From Dimorphilus gyrociliatus (lineage: Eukaryota; Animalia; Annelida), in the NCBI GenBank assembly GCA_904063045.1, contig CAJFCJ010000007.1, positions 179,540-243,539 of the forward strand: DNA of 64,000 bases, given 5' to 3'. Below, piece by piece: positions 26,655 to 40,093 of this stretch. The notes under the pieces are model-generated. The model worked only from the letters and a program-made list of their open reading frames with translations. It was not told where the DNA came from and searched no databases. The translations under genes and the position numbers were made by a program. The first letter of the stretch is position 1. Each line of letters begins with the position of its first letter.

Positions 26655-28129
26655 CTAATCAGAGGCTTTTAAAAATTTGAGTCTATTTGGTCTGGTTAGT
26701 TTTTTATAGGGTGCGTCTGGCGGTGACGGAATAAGAATCTTATCTTTTGAATTGACTGATATATACATATCCTTTTTCTTAGGTTGTAATACTTCTGGCT
26801 TTTTTAAGTGAGTTTGATCGTCCTCTGAAATTGAATTGAGGGAGTTTTTTATCCTTTTCTTTCGTCTGAGGAGGTTACTATTTATTAAATTGTAATTATC
26901 CTTTGCTAATTTATCAACAGGCGGTTCGGGTAGATCTTCCGCTATGCTGTCCAAATTACCAGGCGGTAGGAGTAATTTTTTTCGGGTTTGTTTCTGGAAG
27001 CTTTTTAGTGTTTGTAATGCCTCTTGAAGTAAACGTTTTGTTTCTACCTGACGTTCGTCACGATCGTTATTCGAAGACGAAGGTTCACTGAATCCGCTGG
27101 AATCACTTCCGCTTCTCTCTTCCTTTTCTTTTTCTTTCTCTTTTTCTGATTTGTCAGACATAATTAAATGCCTCTCCCTCCTTAACATTTTTCTATAACG
27201 AATCATTTCGTGAAGGTCTGCAGCACTAGCAAATTTCACTTTATATTCCTTTTTATCAGGTCCAATGTACGATTTTTCAGCAGAGTACGATTTCGATCTT
27301 AACCACATATCTACGTCTAAGGGGGGATCATCTAAAAGCTTGGGCTGCTTCTGCCTTTCGCGCCTTAATTTTCTCTCTTCGTTTATCAACTCCCTATCCT
27401 CTTTTGATTTAACAGTCTCCCGACTGATTATTTCTGGCTTATTAGTCTGAGATAAGTACGATCCTCTTAAAGTCCCTTTCCTTAATAAATTCTTTCCATC
27501 GTTGTTTAATTCTTCCTCTTCTTTTCTCGGTTTTTCCTTCTCTTTATCGACAATAACATACTTTTCAACACGATTATCGAAGGTAACTGTCTTTTTTAAA
27601 GGCTTTAACATCTTATTTCGAGCGTCTTTTTCGGCTTTTAAAGCCAGAGCAGCATCCTGTTCATTCTGAAGTATATATTTTGCTGAATATTCTAATAACT
27701 TTTTTTCCCTGTCCTCCGCCTTAATAGAAGGTAATTTTCTCTGCTTGGGGGAATATACTTTTCGTGCGTTTATGTGTAACGGTAACTGAATTGTTGGAGG
27801 CTGTTTTAAATATTAACAATTACCGTTTGTAGCGTTAACAAACACAATAAATAATTTTACAGTGATGAACACATAATTGGATTAATTAATGTTTTTCGAA
27901 CCTCGTTTAAATCGATTCCTTTCTTTTTTCTTAATTCCTTTAATTTTTTGGAGTAGGCCATCATCGATTCGTTTGCCTGAGTTTGTTGCTCCTTTAAACT
28001 AGCGACGCTCAATTTAATCTCGTTTTCAAATTTCTTGACTTTCTTCTCGTAATCATTATGTAGTTTTAATGGAACAATGGTTTGATTCGATAGAATCATC
28101 GATCCTTTCAAGTAACCAGAGCTTGTCAT
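26655..28129 (-). CDS. Uncharacterised basic/charged, partly coiled-coil protein with two RVxF-like motifs
   Basis: The 318-aa ORF extends upstream in frame to an acceptor near 27800 (SNNSVTVTHKRTKSIFPKQRKLPSIKAEDREKK...). The upstream coiled-coil ORF MTSSGYLKG...LNE starts at 28129. The intron phase joining them is not cleanly resolved. Confidence 0.6.
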
Positions 28130-28508
28130 AATTAGTATATGAAATTTCACATTTATCGATCATTCGACGCTGGCCGGACGCTTTGTAGTAGGACCGTCTT
28201 ACCCTTTCAATAGAAATGTCTACTATTACGATTCGTCCATTTACATAACAGCTTATAACTGTCTGTAAAGTAAATAAAGTAGAAAAGTAATTTTTTCCTG
28301 TAAAGACAGTGGACAGTAACTAAAGAAATAAACACCCCCCCAACCAGAGTCAGCGAACTGGATTAAGTTATAAAGAAACCGTCTTGAATAGAGGCTATTG
28401 TTATTTTTACAGGATTTATCTAAGGAGAGAAAGAGAGAAAAAGAGATATATAGACAGACATAGAGAATGACACATAGGTTGATTGAGAGTGTGTATAGGT
28501 GAGCCAAC

Positions 28509-28511
<3 letters not shown>

Positions 28512-28560
<49 letters not shown>
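28512..28560. repeat. (GA)n microsatellite, about 24 units
   Basis: Uninterrupted agagag tract. Confidence 0.97.
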
Positions 28561-28564
<4 letters not shown>

Positions 28565-30632
28565 AAAGAGAGAAAAACGAAAGAAAAGAAGGGAGGGATA
28601 TAAGGTAAATAAATTGATTTATTCTATAACAAAATTCATAATCAATTTTTCATAGACAGAAACTCTCTCACGTAGCTAGTTAAAAGAGATTTTATTATAT
28701 CTTCAGTATTTAATATTTTATAATAATAAAATAATATTTAACTAGGAATAATAGAGATAAGCACTAAAAGGAGCACTACAATCCATTTAGTAGTAATAAA
28801 AAAAACGATATAAATGGTAAGAACGAAATATTAGTAAATTAATACTTACAAACTTTCAACTCCTTTACAAACTACTAACTAAATGAGTCGCGAATAGTCA
28901 AACAAAACAGCGGATCTTCATCGGAAATCAATTTCTACTCGTTCCAGATAAAAATCACTCTAATTGTTTTTCGTCAAAGTCACGTTTGTCGTACAAACAT
29001 CGATCGGAAGTGTTTGAATGGAAAATAAAAGGGAGCCGCCTTCATATTTTACAACCTTTTAGAATTATAAAAAATATAAGGGAAAAGGACTTTAAAAGAG
29101 AATAGATATAATGAAAAGAGTATATTTTCAGCCTATAAAACTTAATTACGATTTTACCCTTTTATAAAAAGATATCGATAAATTATTAAAAAAGTTTTAC
29201 AACGAAAATGAACTAGTCTTTTGTTTTCTTTTATGTATATTTTTAATTTCTATCCATTAAATTTCAGGTGTGTTTCTAGATTACATAATTGCATTTTTAT
29301 TGAAACCCGATTAAGTAAAGAAACTAGTTTAAACGCTTCTTTTCTCTATATTTGAAAATGGTAAGAGAGTAGAATTGTAAATAGGAATAATGTAATTTTG
29401 TTTTCTATTCTTGTAACTAATAGTATTAAGGGATTTTACAAAAATAAATTTTCTCTTTAAAGACATACTGTTAAGGCTATTAAATACAATTGGATATCAA
29501 TTTAAATACAGCATAGACTTTATATTAAGTATTCCCCACTATATACTTATATATATATATATATATATATATTAATATAGTATAAATAATTACAATACCT
29601 ACCTATTATATATTAATACTACTTTTTTCCAGTTGTTTGATTATATGTAGTAGATGGCGTAAGCTGTACTCTCATTCGTTTTTGCTTACTCTACAAACTA
29701 ACAAGTTTTTCAATTAGTTGTCTTTTTTTATTGTTATTGTCATTTTCTCTTGATGAATGTAAAGAATTATTTTTCGCTTACCATTCACTTTTTTTCCGCT
29801 TATTATTCAATTCATTTAGATTTTTAATTTTCCTAGTGTAGTTTTACTATTCAAAATTGTTGCTACTATTATTAGACAATATATTTATTGAATAAAATTC
29901 ACTCAGCGACTGATGGTTAAACTTTACATAAAATATTCATTCTCTAAATAATAACGTACTATAGATGTAGATACATTATTACATGACTTGGCATTTCTTA
30001 ACGGTTGAAGGAGTGTAAATACGCATGTATAATATAATTTATTCTTTATGTTGGTACACACCATAGCTTTTTATTGAGCTTCATTCAAGTACAGATATTA
30101 TCAACAAGTGAAATCATAATTGAGCGATGATAGTGATAAAAAACATACCAATTATAAATGGCGTGACTCGAAATGACCTCAAACTGAATAGGACGCTTGA
30201 ATGAACATACGTTCAGGTAACGCGGTCGGGCGATGCGTCGCGTCAAATGTTCAATCATTTGAAAAGCGTCTAATTTCGATTTATGAAAATTTCATTAGCT
30301 CTCCGGTCAAATTCTATCAATTTAGCTCAGCAATTGTTTCATTTTCACCCTTTTCGACCTTGCATCTTTTTGAAGTTGCGCATGTGCTTCTTTGAAATTA
30401 AAAAGGCGATATTTCAGCATTGAATTTCCAAATGCAGAAAAGCTGAAAAGTGTACCGCCCACGTTCTCTTTAAAGCAGGTGCAATTTTGGCTACTTCAAA
30501 GCGATTTAATAAAATTAGACGAAAATTTACAGCTATCATGTCCCTTAATCCTTCTGCAATAAAACGTCTCAATTAAAAAACGCTCTAATCAGTGCGGATT
30601 TTTTACAAGGGCAACCGTAATGCCTTTGGCTA

Positions 30633-31112
30633 TTATTCTAAACAAAAAGACACTCGAAACTCATGATTGAACACCTCCTCATAATCGCTCATTTTCTCGC
30701 AGCTGCTCCCTTTGTACAAGAATCTATTTCCGTTCAAAAGCCGACCTTCACCTCCCACCTTCTATAAGAATCCAATGAATTTACATAACACGTCCTCCTT
30801 TTTTTTCTATTTATTAGAAGATGGGCGGAGGAAAGATGAATTCAGATCGGGTTAAATGATAATAAATACTGCAACACCCGCACACACGCTTCTGCACAAT
30901 TAACATGCGCAGGTGTAAAATATGACGTCACCACTGACGTCATCATTGCATAATTTACCATCTCGCAACGTCTACATGAGAAATTTATTGTGGATGATAG
31001 AATTTTTTCAAGTCGAGTACTTATTCGCCTGTCTAGCATCAATTTACATGCTTTATTCAAAATTTGCTCGCTTACAAACTGTTTAATGACACGTTGACAA
31101 ACTGCGTTCAAT
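30633..31112 (-). CDS. Candidate extra 3' coding exons (31112/31101-30959 and 30761-30633), possibly alternative SKOR C-terminus
   Basis: Canonical acceptors (cgacag, aacgcag, cttatag) and donor ATG|gtaaat. The spliced reading VCQRVIKQF...INFSCRRCEM|KVGGEGRLL...FCLE* is open. Confidence 0.35.
30923..30942. promoter_or_regulatory. Tandem perfect CRE palindromes
   Basis: TGACGTCA-ccac-TGACGTCA. Confidence 0.5.
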
Positions 31113-31590
31113 CTGTCGAATAAAAGAGTAATGAACTAAACAAAATTTTTACTTTACTACAACAAATCTAAACCTATTTCATAATAATAAATAATAAGTA
31201 TAATGCTATTTAAAAATAGCATATTGCAAACATTATCTATAGGGCAGCATAAAGTAATAGTTATTAAGTGATGCGATAAAACTTTCTACTGCAAGTACAG
31301 CACATAACATATAAATTCTTATGTCTCTTTTTTTTGTCGTTTTTTTTGTGACATATATACTTAAAACAAGAAAATAGACAGGATACTGTAAACACTGAAG
31401 ATGATAAGATATAGCATATTTTATATACCGAATATTGCATTAATTTATGTAATACATACTAAATATACATTATATATAGTGTGTATATACATTTATATAT
31501 TTCAATGTATATATTGTGTACATGTTATCGTATTTATATATTTATACGGTATATGCTTTAAGTATGCTTGTTAGAAGAATTACTAAAAGT

Positions 31591-34342
31591 TCAATGAGAA
31601 ACATCCTCTTTCTTTTGTAAGATCTTGATTAATTCTGTTTGAAGCTGTTCTGTAAGAAAGGTTTTTGACCAAATATTAATATATTTATAAAATACAGAAA
31701 ATTTAATCTGACGCTTGGCACGTGTCAATTAAAAAGATGCCAGGCGGAAAAAAAGCAGGTCAAACTGTCCATCCCCCAGGCGAAACTTGTATGTTTTATT
31801 ACCGAGCTGTCAATGTATTTATAAAGCGAAGTGTCGGGTCCTTTGAGATTTTACATCATTATTGTAATAATTCCTTTATAAATATAACAGTTACTTTTTA
31901 GTTTTATTCGTTTAAATAAGAATAATAGCGGTTTTTTTTAATTATTTTAAGCTAAAATGTTTGTTTAATAGATGTTTATTTTCGCTATTAATTAGGAAAA
32001 TGGAGGATAAAACAGGACAGGGTTCACCAATTACATATATTTATTCTCATAGGACATTAGCTATTCGAAAAAAAATGATTAAAATTTGTAAATGACAGCT
32101 CACATATTAGCTTTATTATGCCCTTAGAGAACTATGGAACGTGACTGGGCAGCTCACTCACCTCTGGTCATGTTGTATACAGCGTCTAAAGAGGAGTCAC
32201 TTTTGTTCTTTTCCTGCAAAACAATTCATTATATAAGCTGGTTTTTCGAGTAGCCTCGGATAATCCCGATTTAAAATAGAACGAAACTGGAGATCAAAGG
32301 CGGCTCTTCGTTATAAAGGTCATTTAAGGCAGATATTATATGTAAATCGTACTCGAAATTCGTTTGAACTTTATAAAAATATTACAAACAAAGCTCGGCC
32401 GCTCGCCACTCTCTTTCCCTTTTATAATATTTATTATATATAATATTATACTATAAGCGTCAATTATGATATTTTCATTTCAAACAAAAAGAATGTTTTG
32501 GTTGTTGAATTCTAATTACGATTTGAGAAGGTCATATCTCCAATGAGAGGATGACATTTAGAACAGACTGTCTTTGTTTTGAGTACATTTACTTGCTAAT
32601 CACTTCGTGACTCTGTCTGCCAACGACAGATGTTTGTCTTGGCACTGGCAAACATTCATGTTTTCAATACATTCATGTATTTTCATTAGTTGATTGAATA
32701 CACTGGAATCGTAAATACTGCAAAATGCTGCGATGAATTGTCAATGCTCACTCGGCTATGACAAACCTCGATTGCTCGTTTTAATCGAGTTTGATCAAAA
32801 CGTTTATCGCATTAAGTTCTCTTCCGCCCTCAAAATTTACCAATAAAGCTTAAATACATACAATAATATATTCATTCGAATCTTTCCGGAAAACAAATTA
32901 TTGGCAATAAGGAAAAAAGAAACGCCTGAGGGCATGGAGTTGTATATGTTTACACTCTAGATTATATTAACAGGTGGCTGTATACTACATGTCGATTAAT
33001 TTCTTTTTTTTAACAAATTTGATCTAATAGCCGTATAAATATAATTAGAAATTAATTTGCGATTACTATCGATTGATTTATTATTGATTAAGTAAATTAC
33101 CTGTTCAGTTGTCTCCATTTTCGCGTCCAGGGGCGTCGAGGCGTCGACGTCGGTGACGTTTATGTCGTCCGGACTATCAGCTTCCCAGGGCACATCGTCC
33201 CTCGGCGTTGACGGCGTTGAACGCTCGTCCTTACAATTTTGATTGGCCTCTTTCTCTGCGGTTTGCCCCATTTTGCTAAAATCAAATCTCTCCGATTGAC
33301 CGAAGCTGAGATTTCTTGCCCATAAATAGCCTAAGGGGTTAATGTAAGGGGGCGGAGCTTTTTTATTCCAAAATTCCAAAGCGTTCGCCTTATTCTGGAC
33401 GGGGACATCCGGCACTGGAGGTGAGAAAGGAAAGAAAGGAAATGCCGGATGAGGAGATCTCGGGACGTACGGCGGATTGTTGAATGGCAAAACAGGGAGT
33501 CTCGTTGGCAAAGAAGGATTAGGCGTCATCATCTTGGGTCGCTTATAATTCTCCTCTTCCTGTTTAGGAGGCGATTTTGAAGGTGTTATTATCCTCTTTC
33601 GGGAGCCGCCATTGAACATTGCTTTAACATCCTCCCAAGCGTGAACAAGCTCTTCATGGGGTTCGGTATAATCTAGGTGTAAGTGCCTTCTCCAAGAATT
33701 GAAATTAGCTGCATCTGGATGTTGATATTTGGCATTGGGAGTACGATGAAAATGGAAGATAAATTTGTTAGGCGAAAAGAAGAGATCGCAAAAAGAACAA
33801 CGAATACATTTCGCTCTGGAACTATTATAACGTGAGGGTACAAACTGACCCTTACAACCCCAGCCACATTCGTGATAGACGTTAAAGGCAAAATTATCGG
33901 GCAACTTAGGAGGTGATATCTCTTCTAGAAACGACGTTACCAAGCGTTCGGCTTCTCTCTTCGTAATCATACCACAACGGCGAGATGATATTGGCATAGC
34001 TCCAGCCCTCCTTAATATTTCTAATTGTACTGCTCATTTAAAAGAGTCAAATTCAATATTTAATTAATTAAATATTGTATTTAAATTACCTGGCGTGCAT
34101 TGGACACAAGTTATACCAAGGGCAACTCTTCGATTATGAATTTCGTTATATGAATAATTTTTTAACAAGGAATTTGATATCTGAGCCAAGCATAGACGTT
34201 CTTTTCCATCAATAAACAAACTTACAATAGGCACCCCGTGTAGAATAACAGTGCCAACTGTATTTTGTCTCGGATCAAAATCATTAATATCCGATGTTGT
34301 TGGAGGAAAAGAACCAGGTAACAAAGCTGTTGTATTATCCAT
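31591..34342 (-). CDS. SKOR: SKI family transcriptional corepressor (SKOR/Corl/fussel ortholog)
   Basis: Exons 34342-34090, 34029-33101, 32213-32162, 31649-31591. Ski/Sno domain GVPIVSLFIDGKERLCLAQISNSLLKNYSYNEIHNRRVALGITCVQCTPVQLEILRRAGAMPISSRRCGMITKREAERL, SMAD4-binding SAND-like domain YHECGWGCKGQFVPSRYNSSRAKCI...SPNKFIFH, and C-terminal coiled-coil start NMTREQLQ. Confidence 0.95.
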
Positions 34343-34587
34343 TCTTTAATTTCTTTTTTTCTATCTTTACCTTTTCTCTCTATCTTTTTTTCTTTTCCTA
34401 TTATATATTTAAATATATTAAATATGTAATACTCTATCTGAGAATTTTTCCTTGCTCTATTTGCTTTTTTCTCTCTCTCTCTCTCTCTCTCTCCCTGCCT
34501 CTGTCTGTCTGTCTGTCTAGTTATCTTTCTTTCTTTCTTTTTCTATCTCTCTCTTTCTTCTCTCTTTTATATTTGATTCGTATACTG

Positions 34588-34621
<34 letters not shown>

Positions 34622-35372
34622 CACTCTTTCTAATTTATTTTCAAAAACCTATAAATAAAAAAGAGAAAAAAAACTTGGATGTAAATTCGATGAAATTACC
34701 CGAATATGTACTCGAAAAAATTCAATCAACGACTTCCATTGACCTACGAAACGACGCGTTCACGAATATGCGATTACGAATCGAGCAAGTAATAAATAGG
34801 ATAATTCACTAACAAATTGCGAGAAAATGTTCAACCGACTGGAAGAAGAGCAAGCTGACGCGCAGCTGAGGTTCGCGAAGCTTTCAAATATTATATAAAA
34901 TTCTAATATGTTTTATAAACATCATTTATACATAAGACAATTTATAAAATTTCTACAAATATCTGTTTCTTTTATAAACAAATCTTATAAATACTTGATA
35001 GAAATTACTTCTTGATTTATTAAGGTAATTTCTAGGAAAATTAAAAAAAATAAATATATCACCACCGGAGGGAAGTAACATATATAACGTCATATATAAC
35101 AATTAAAATATTTTGTTTAGCCTGTTAGATCTTGAAGATATTGACGATTTATCGAAATTTGTGCCTACTTTTAGCTGCGACCTTTCAAAAAAATTAATGT
35201 AAAAAACTTGCTTTATCTTTCTTATTTGAAAACAAAATAAGTCTATTTAAAATTGTCGATAAATTAGTAAATATAAATGTTTTTATATATATTAATAGAT
35301 TAGTTAAAATAATAAGGAAAGTAAGTTAAAGTCATACATACCTCTAATTACTAAACTTTAAGTTTCGAACTC

Positions 35373-35537
35373 GGGCGGAAAGCCAATGGACGATCAAAGG
35401 AAACGTTTACCAATGATGTTGATTGAATGTAACAACACAAGACATATGCAGCCCAGCAGGACATTCTCTCTTGCCTTGCCCTTGTTTGTACTGGGTGCTG
35501 ATTGGTCAACTTCCACAAGGGGCGAGAGCTGATTGGT
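35373..35537. promoter_or_regulatory. GC-box plus four CCAAT boxes plus TCF-like site upstream of SKOR
   Basis: GGGCGG 35373, CCAAT 35383 and 35410, GATCAAAGG 35392, GCTGATTGGT at 35497 and 35528. Confidence 0.45.
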
Positions 35538-38500
35538 TTAAAATATTCTTTATTGCATAAATTTTCTCTACAGTAACATAAAAAAAACGTTTATATTTAC
35601 TTTCACGGAATATTTTTTTCCTTTCTCATTTAACTATATTAAAAGTTCAACTTAACAAAAGTCATTTTTTTAGCATTGGAACTGAAAGTCAAAGAGTTAT
35701 TTTTATCACTAACCAAGTGATAATTAAATTACTAAACTGACAACTGTCTTGTATTATATTCCATTTCTCGTAACAGTATCGACTCTTATTCGGTATCTTT
35801 TCCAATTTCTTTCAAAACATCTTTATGCGTTCGTTTCGTTAAAGTTGAATGTTTTTTCTTTACATTTTATCTCTTTTTATATAGTTTATTAGAATATGTA
35901 TATGTGTATATAAATATATATATTAATATATAGAAAAGAGTATCAGAGTCGTAAACAACAATTAACATAAATACTCTGTAAACGCGAAACAACCGTAATA
36001 TAATGGCAGTGTAGAGTGCATAATTAATATATGAGTTTTATTGCGAAAACAAGCAGCGGTGCATAAAAAGTGAAAAAGATGAGAAAACGTTCGAATAAAT
36101 TTTACAGTATTGTATTTATAATCATAGTTAAAAGGATTTACACCGCAACCGACTGTGTTTTAAAAGCTGCTGACAATTCTTTAGGTGAACAAAAGATGTC
36201 GGACATTAAATATTCCTCTTAAGTTTGCTTTCGTGTTTGTAATAATTGAATACCATTAACTTTTATGTTTTTCTATTTTCGCTATAAAGTAAATTGGAGA
36301 AAAATATCGAATTGATCATGAAGAAATAGAAATAAATATGACAAAGATTACTATCCATTGAACAGTTCTCATCTTTAACTTGCTTTCTTTTGTTAAACTC
36401 TTAAAGACAGATAGAATGAGTGTTACTTTTATTTTAATGAATTATGTATAGAAATAATAACAAAAAGTATGTAGTATATAGATTCATTTATGTATAAATA
36501 TACAATTATATATATATATATATAGAATTTGGAATATATATATATATATATTTATGTATATATAATATACAATACAAGAATTATTCACACTCGATCATGG
36601 GCATCGAACAAAACGTAATTGTATTCAAAAAGAGTGCATACATATTTCTAACCAAAATGAAATATCATCCTTGTTGTTTTTCCATTAAACGCATTATTGA
36701 CGTCTTTTATAAGTACATATTAATATAAAGTACATTAGATAACCGATATGTACGTATATGTTATGCAAAATACCTCTTTTTTTATACATGAAGTAGGATA
36801 TTAATTTAAAATAAAGCATAAAGTAGTTGTGTTTTGTTTAAGTTAAAATCTATTATTTCTAATAGTTTTTTATTTGTTTACTTATCTTTTCTTACCCACC
36901 ATTTTTCTTTTGAATTTTTTTACTTACTCCAAATATATAGAACAATTAAACATTGAAAATTCATATAAGTTCTTACATCTGGCGTATTATAAAGCTCTCT
37001 ACCTATATACGGGCTCAACAAATAAATTCACATCAAAAGAGCAGTTCTTTTTTTTTTACCCTCCTTCTTTCCCCCCTACCCCCTCACCTCCTCTCTCTCT
37101 CTCTCCCCCCCCTCCTTCCTTTTTCCAAAACATCTACGTCATGTATTTATCCCATTTTTCTCCTTACCATTTGGTCCTTCTATTACTTGTTGCATTTACC
37201 CCTACTAGTGAAGAGGGTCAATTATTTCTTTTTGCGCTACTAAAATAGAAATCTAATTTAAGATTATATTCTTTGACCGTCGAGATAAATGAAAAAGTGT
37301 TTATTCGATGTAAAAATAGCTTACGTAAACATAAAATGACCGTATAAACCAAACTTCTGGAATTTTGTTTTGATAAATACTGAATTTATAACATATGTAC
37401 AACGCATATAAAGAGTATATAGATAATTAAATAAAGAGAAATAATATGTAATGCGCTTTTAATCAAATGCCCGGCATATTTATTATGCATATATAATGTC
37501 TGTTGATAGAAGTAGTTAGAGGTTTGCGCCTGCGCTGTGCATTAAATTGAAAAGAACGTTTTATTCGACGCTCAGCAATAAATTAGCAGTTTGCAGTATA
37601 GTTCTATACTTTATTCAATGGCTATTTTACGAGTACAATAAGTTGCTTTTGAGCGCACCATTTAAGCTTATTGTATTGTTCCTTTTAAGATATTGTTACT
37701 GTTCAATTAATCAATCCTACTTTGGCTTTTTTTCTTGTTCTAAATATGAATCAACAAAAGACCTCTTGCGTTTGACGAGACGCTCTCTTTTTTTTGTCCA
37801 AAGCTTACACGATTAATCATCTTGGAAAAAAAAACGGTGTCTGAAAGGACGATAGTTTGACTGCAAAAGAGCGGTCGCAGTAGATTAGGCGTCTAAGCTG
37901 AAAATTGGCAATTAATGTGTTGATGAAGCCTGATAATTGCAGTGCACCAAGTATATCGACTTCTCATTAAGTGAGTTGCAGACACACATTTCATGGGAGA
38001 CGAGATCTAATGACAATAAATGTTCTCCTCCCCCAATCGATCGTAATTTAGGAGAGTAATTCCTTATAATTCATCACTATTATATATTATATCGAACGCG
38101 TGCATATCGTTCATCTAAGATAGTGTTCGACCGGGCGTCGCTAATAGTCAAGGCGTCTGTGTGGAAAATATTATCAAATTTGATTTCAACGCCTCGGCAC
38201 CACGCAGGCCAAAGGTTAGTGCGTAGGGGCGTCACTCGGGGAGCCTTTGTCGTCACGGAATTAGCTTCGGTGTGATTTCCGTATGAATAGACGCTTCAAC
38301 ACTCGTCAACATTAATTAGCGAACGTTCGACGCGACGACTCTTTGCGCGGACACGCGTACCTTTCATTAAACTTTCATTAAAACATTTACCGCACAAAAT
38401 TACTATAAAATGTCAAACAGATTCGACGTTTGTTTTTTAATCAACGAAAGTTCATTAATTATTTATTTACAGTTTAGCTTTTAGCTTTTCCTGAATTTTT

Positions 38501-38660
38501 AATCTACAGCAATTAAATGCATCGTCAAGGCACCAAAAACTTCAACCTTTATCAAAAATTCCCTTTTTCCATCATATTTATACGAATATAATTAAACTGA
38601 ATAACAAAATAATTAGATTATAAATGTCGGACAACTACGGATGTGGTCACAGGTGGATGA

Positions 38661-38670
38661 GCGCATGCGC
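38661..38670. promoter_or_regulatory. NRF1 motif GCGCATGCGC, candidate promoter of the Hv-like gene
   Basis: Consensus core in a CpG-rich island, followed by possible donors (38830-38877) upstream of the acceptor at 40062. Confidence 0.4.
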
Positions 38671-40093
38671 CTGGCGATTGAAGTCACCATCTGTCCGTAA
38701 CGTCGTCATACATAACATTTTATGCACGAATGACCAAACTATTATTGCAGACTATTGCGGTTGAAAAAGTTCGTACGAGCAAAGGTCGTAGCAGCGAGAA
38801 TATTTCACCGACCTTTCCTAACCTGTACACTTCAAAGGATGTATGCATCGCACCTGGACAGTTGATTACGGAAAGGTTGTTTTTTTTCTTCTACAGTAAC
38901 AATATACTGTATATAAGTTTTAAAATATCAAAACACGTTATTCAAGTACATTTTCATTATTTGTGATAAAATTCTCTCTTTCTTTCCAAATGAGGGAAAA
39001 AAAGAAATAAAAATGAAACAAGCATAAAAAAAGGATTATTCTCATTTTTCTTTTCCTTTTTATGTAAATTTAATTGCTATTCTTATAAAGAGAAAGGGAG
39101 AAAAATTTAATTCAATTTTCTCTTTTCGATAAGCAACATTTTAAAGTCAAGGTCATTAATCAAAAGAGTAACACTGAAATTACAAACTATCTAATGCTTC
39201 TTTGTGTGTCATGCGTTGTGAAAAGATGTAAGTTAATCGCAGTTTTTTCACAATAGAAAATAGTTTCAAGTGTCATCCTTTCAGTAACTCTTTCACTTCA
39301 ACTAATTAATTTTTTTCCATTTCGTAATAATTTCTCGTCTCGTATATTTCCATAGAATTTGCAAATGATGCTTAACAATAATAATTAGTTTATAATGCTA
39401 TTTATTCTTTCTGTCCCCCTCTCTTTCTTTCTATTTGTCTACTTACAACCGTTTTTACTCCATTTATCTTCTAATCCCCCTCGCCACCCCTTCTCTCTCT
39501 GTCTCTCTCTCTGTCTCTCTTTCTCTGTCTCTGTTCTATTTGTATCACTTATTATTAAATTTGATTTAGAATCATAAATTTAACCTTTACTTGATTTAAC
39601 TCTCTAAACAGATCTATATTAACGTTTTACGTATATTTTTCTTTCTTTCTTTTAGTTATTCTTTGCTTTTCTCGCTTCCTTTTCCCGCCATCATCTCTAT
39701 GGTTCGTGTGTGATGTCTAAAACTACAATTAAATATCTTTTATACTCGATAGATGGCACTATTAAGTCTAAGATTTATCGTTACTTATTTTGAAGAGTTT
39801 TAAGTTTTTCGACAGGTGTCGCTTTATTAAGAAGCCGACGTTTTAAGGCATTCGGCCTGAGATTGATTCTGAATCAGCTTCAATACGTGAAAAATACACT
39901 GTTTATTTCGACAATATGATCCAAACAGCGAACACAAACCTATTGGATATTATTGAATTGTAGAATATTTATTAAAGTTTGTTAATTATTCATATTTATG
40001 CATAAAACAAATAATTAATAGGCGGCAAAATCTGTAATTATTTTTAAATTGATTTCCTTTCAGATTTAGTATGCTTATATTAAGAACTTTATC

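Noticed and set aside
32610-32665. cttggcactggc match to miR-96/182/263-type 5' ends, with small hairpins in SKOR intron 2
   Set aside because: Only about 12 nt match and stems of 11 bp or less; no 60-70 nt precursor with the mature sequence on one arm.
36874-37248. 124-aa and 96-aa ORFs, and similar F/L/S-rich ORFs at 34294, 39395 and 41112
   Set aside because: Translations of CT-rich microsatellite-like tracts with no splice or domain support.
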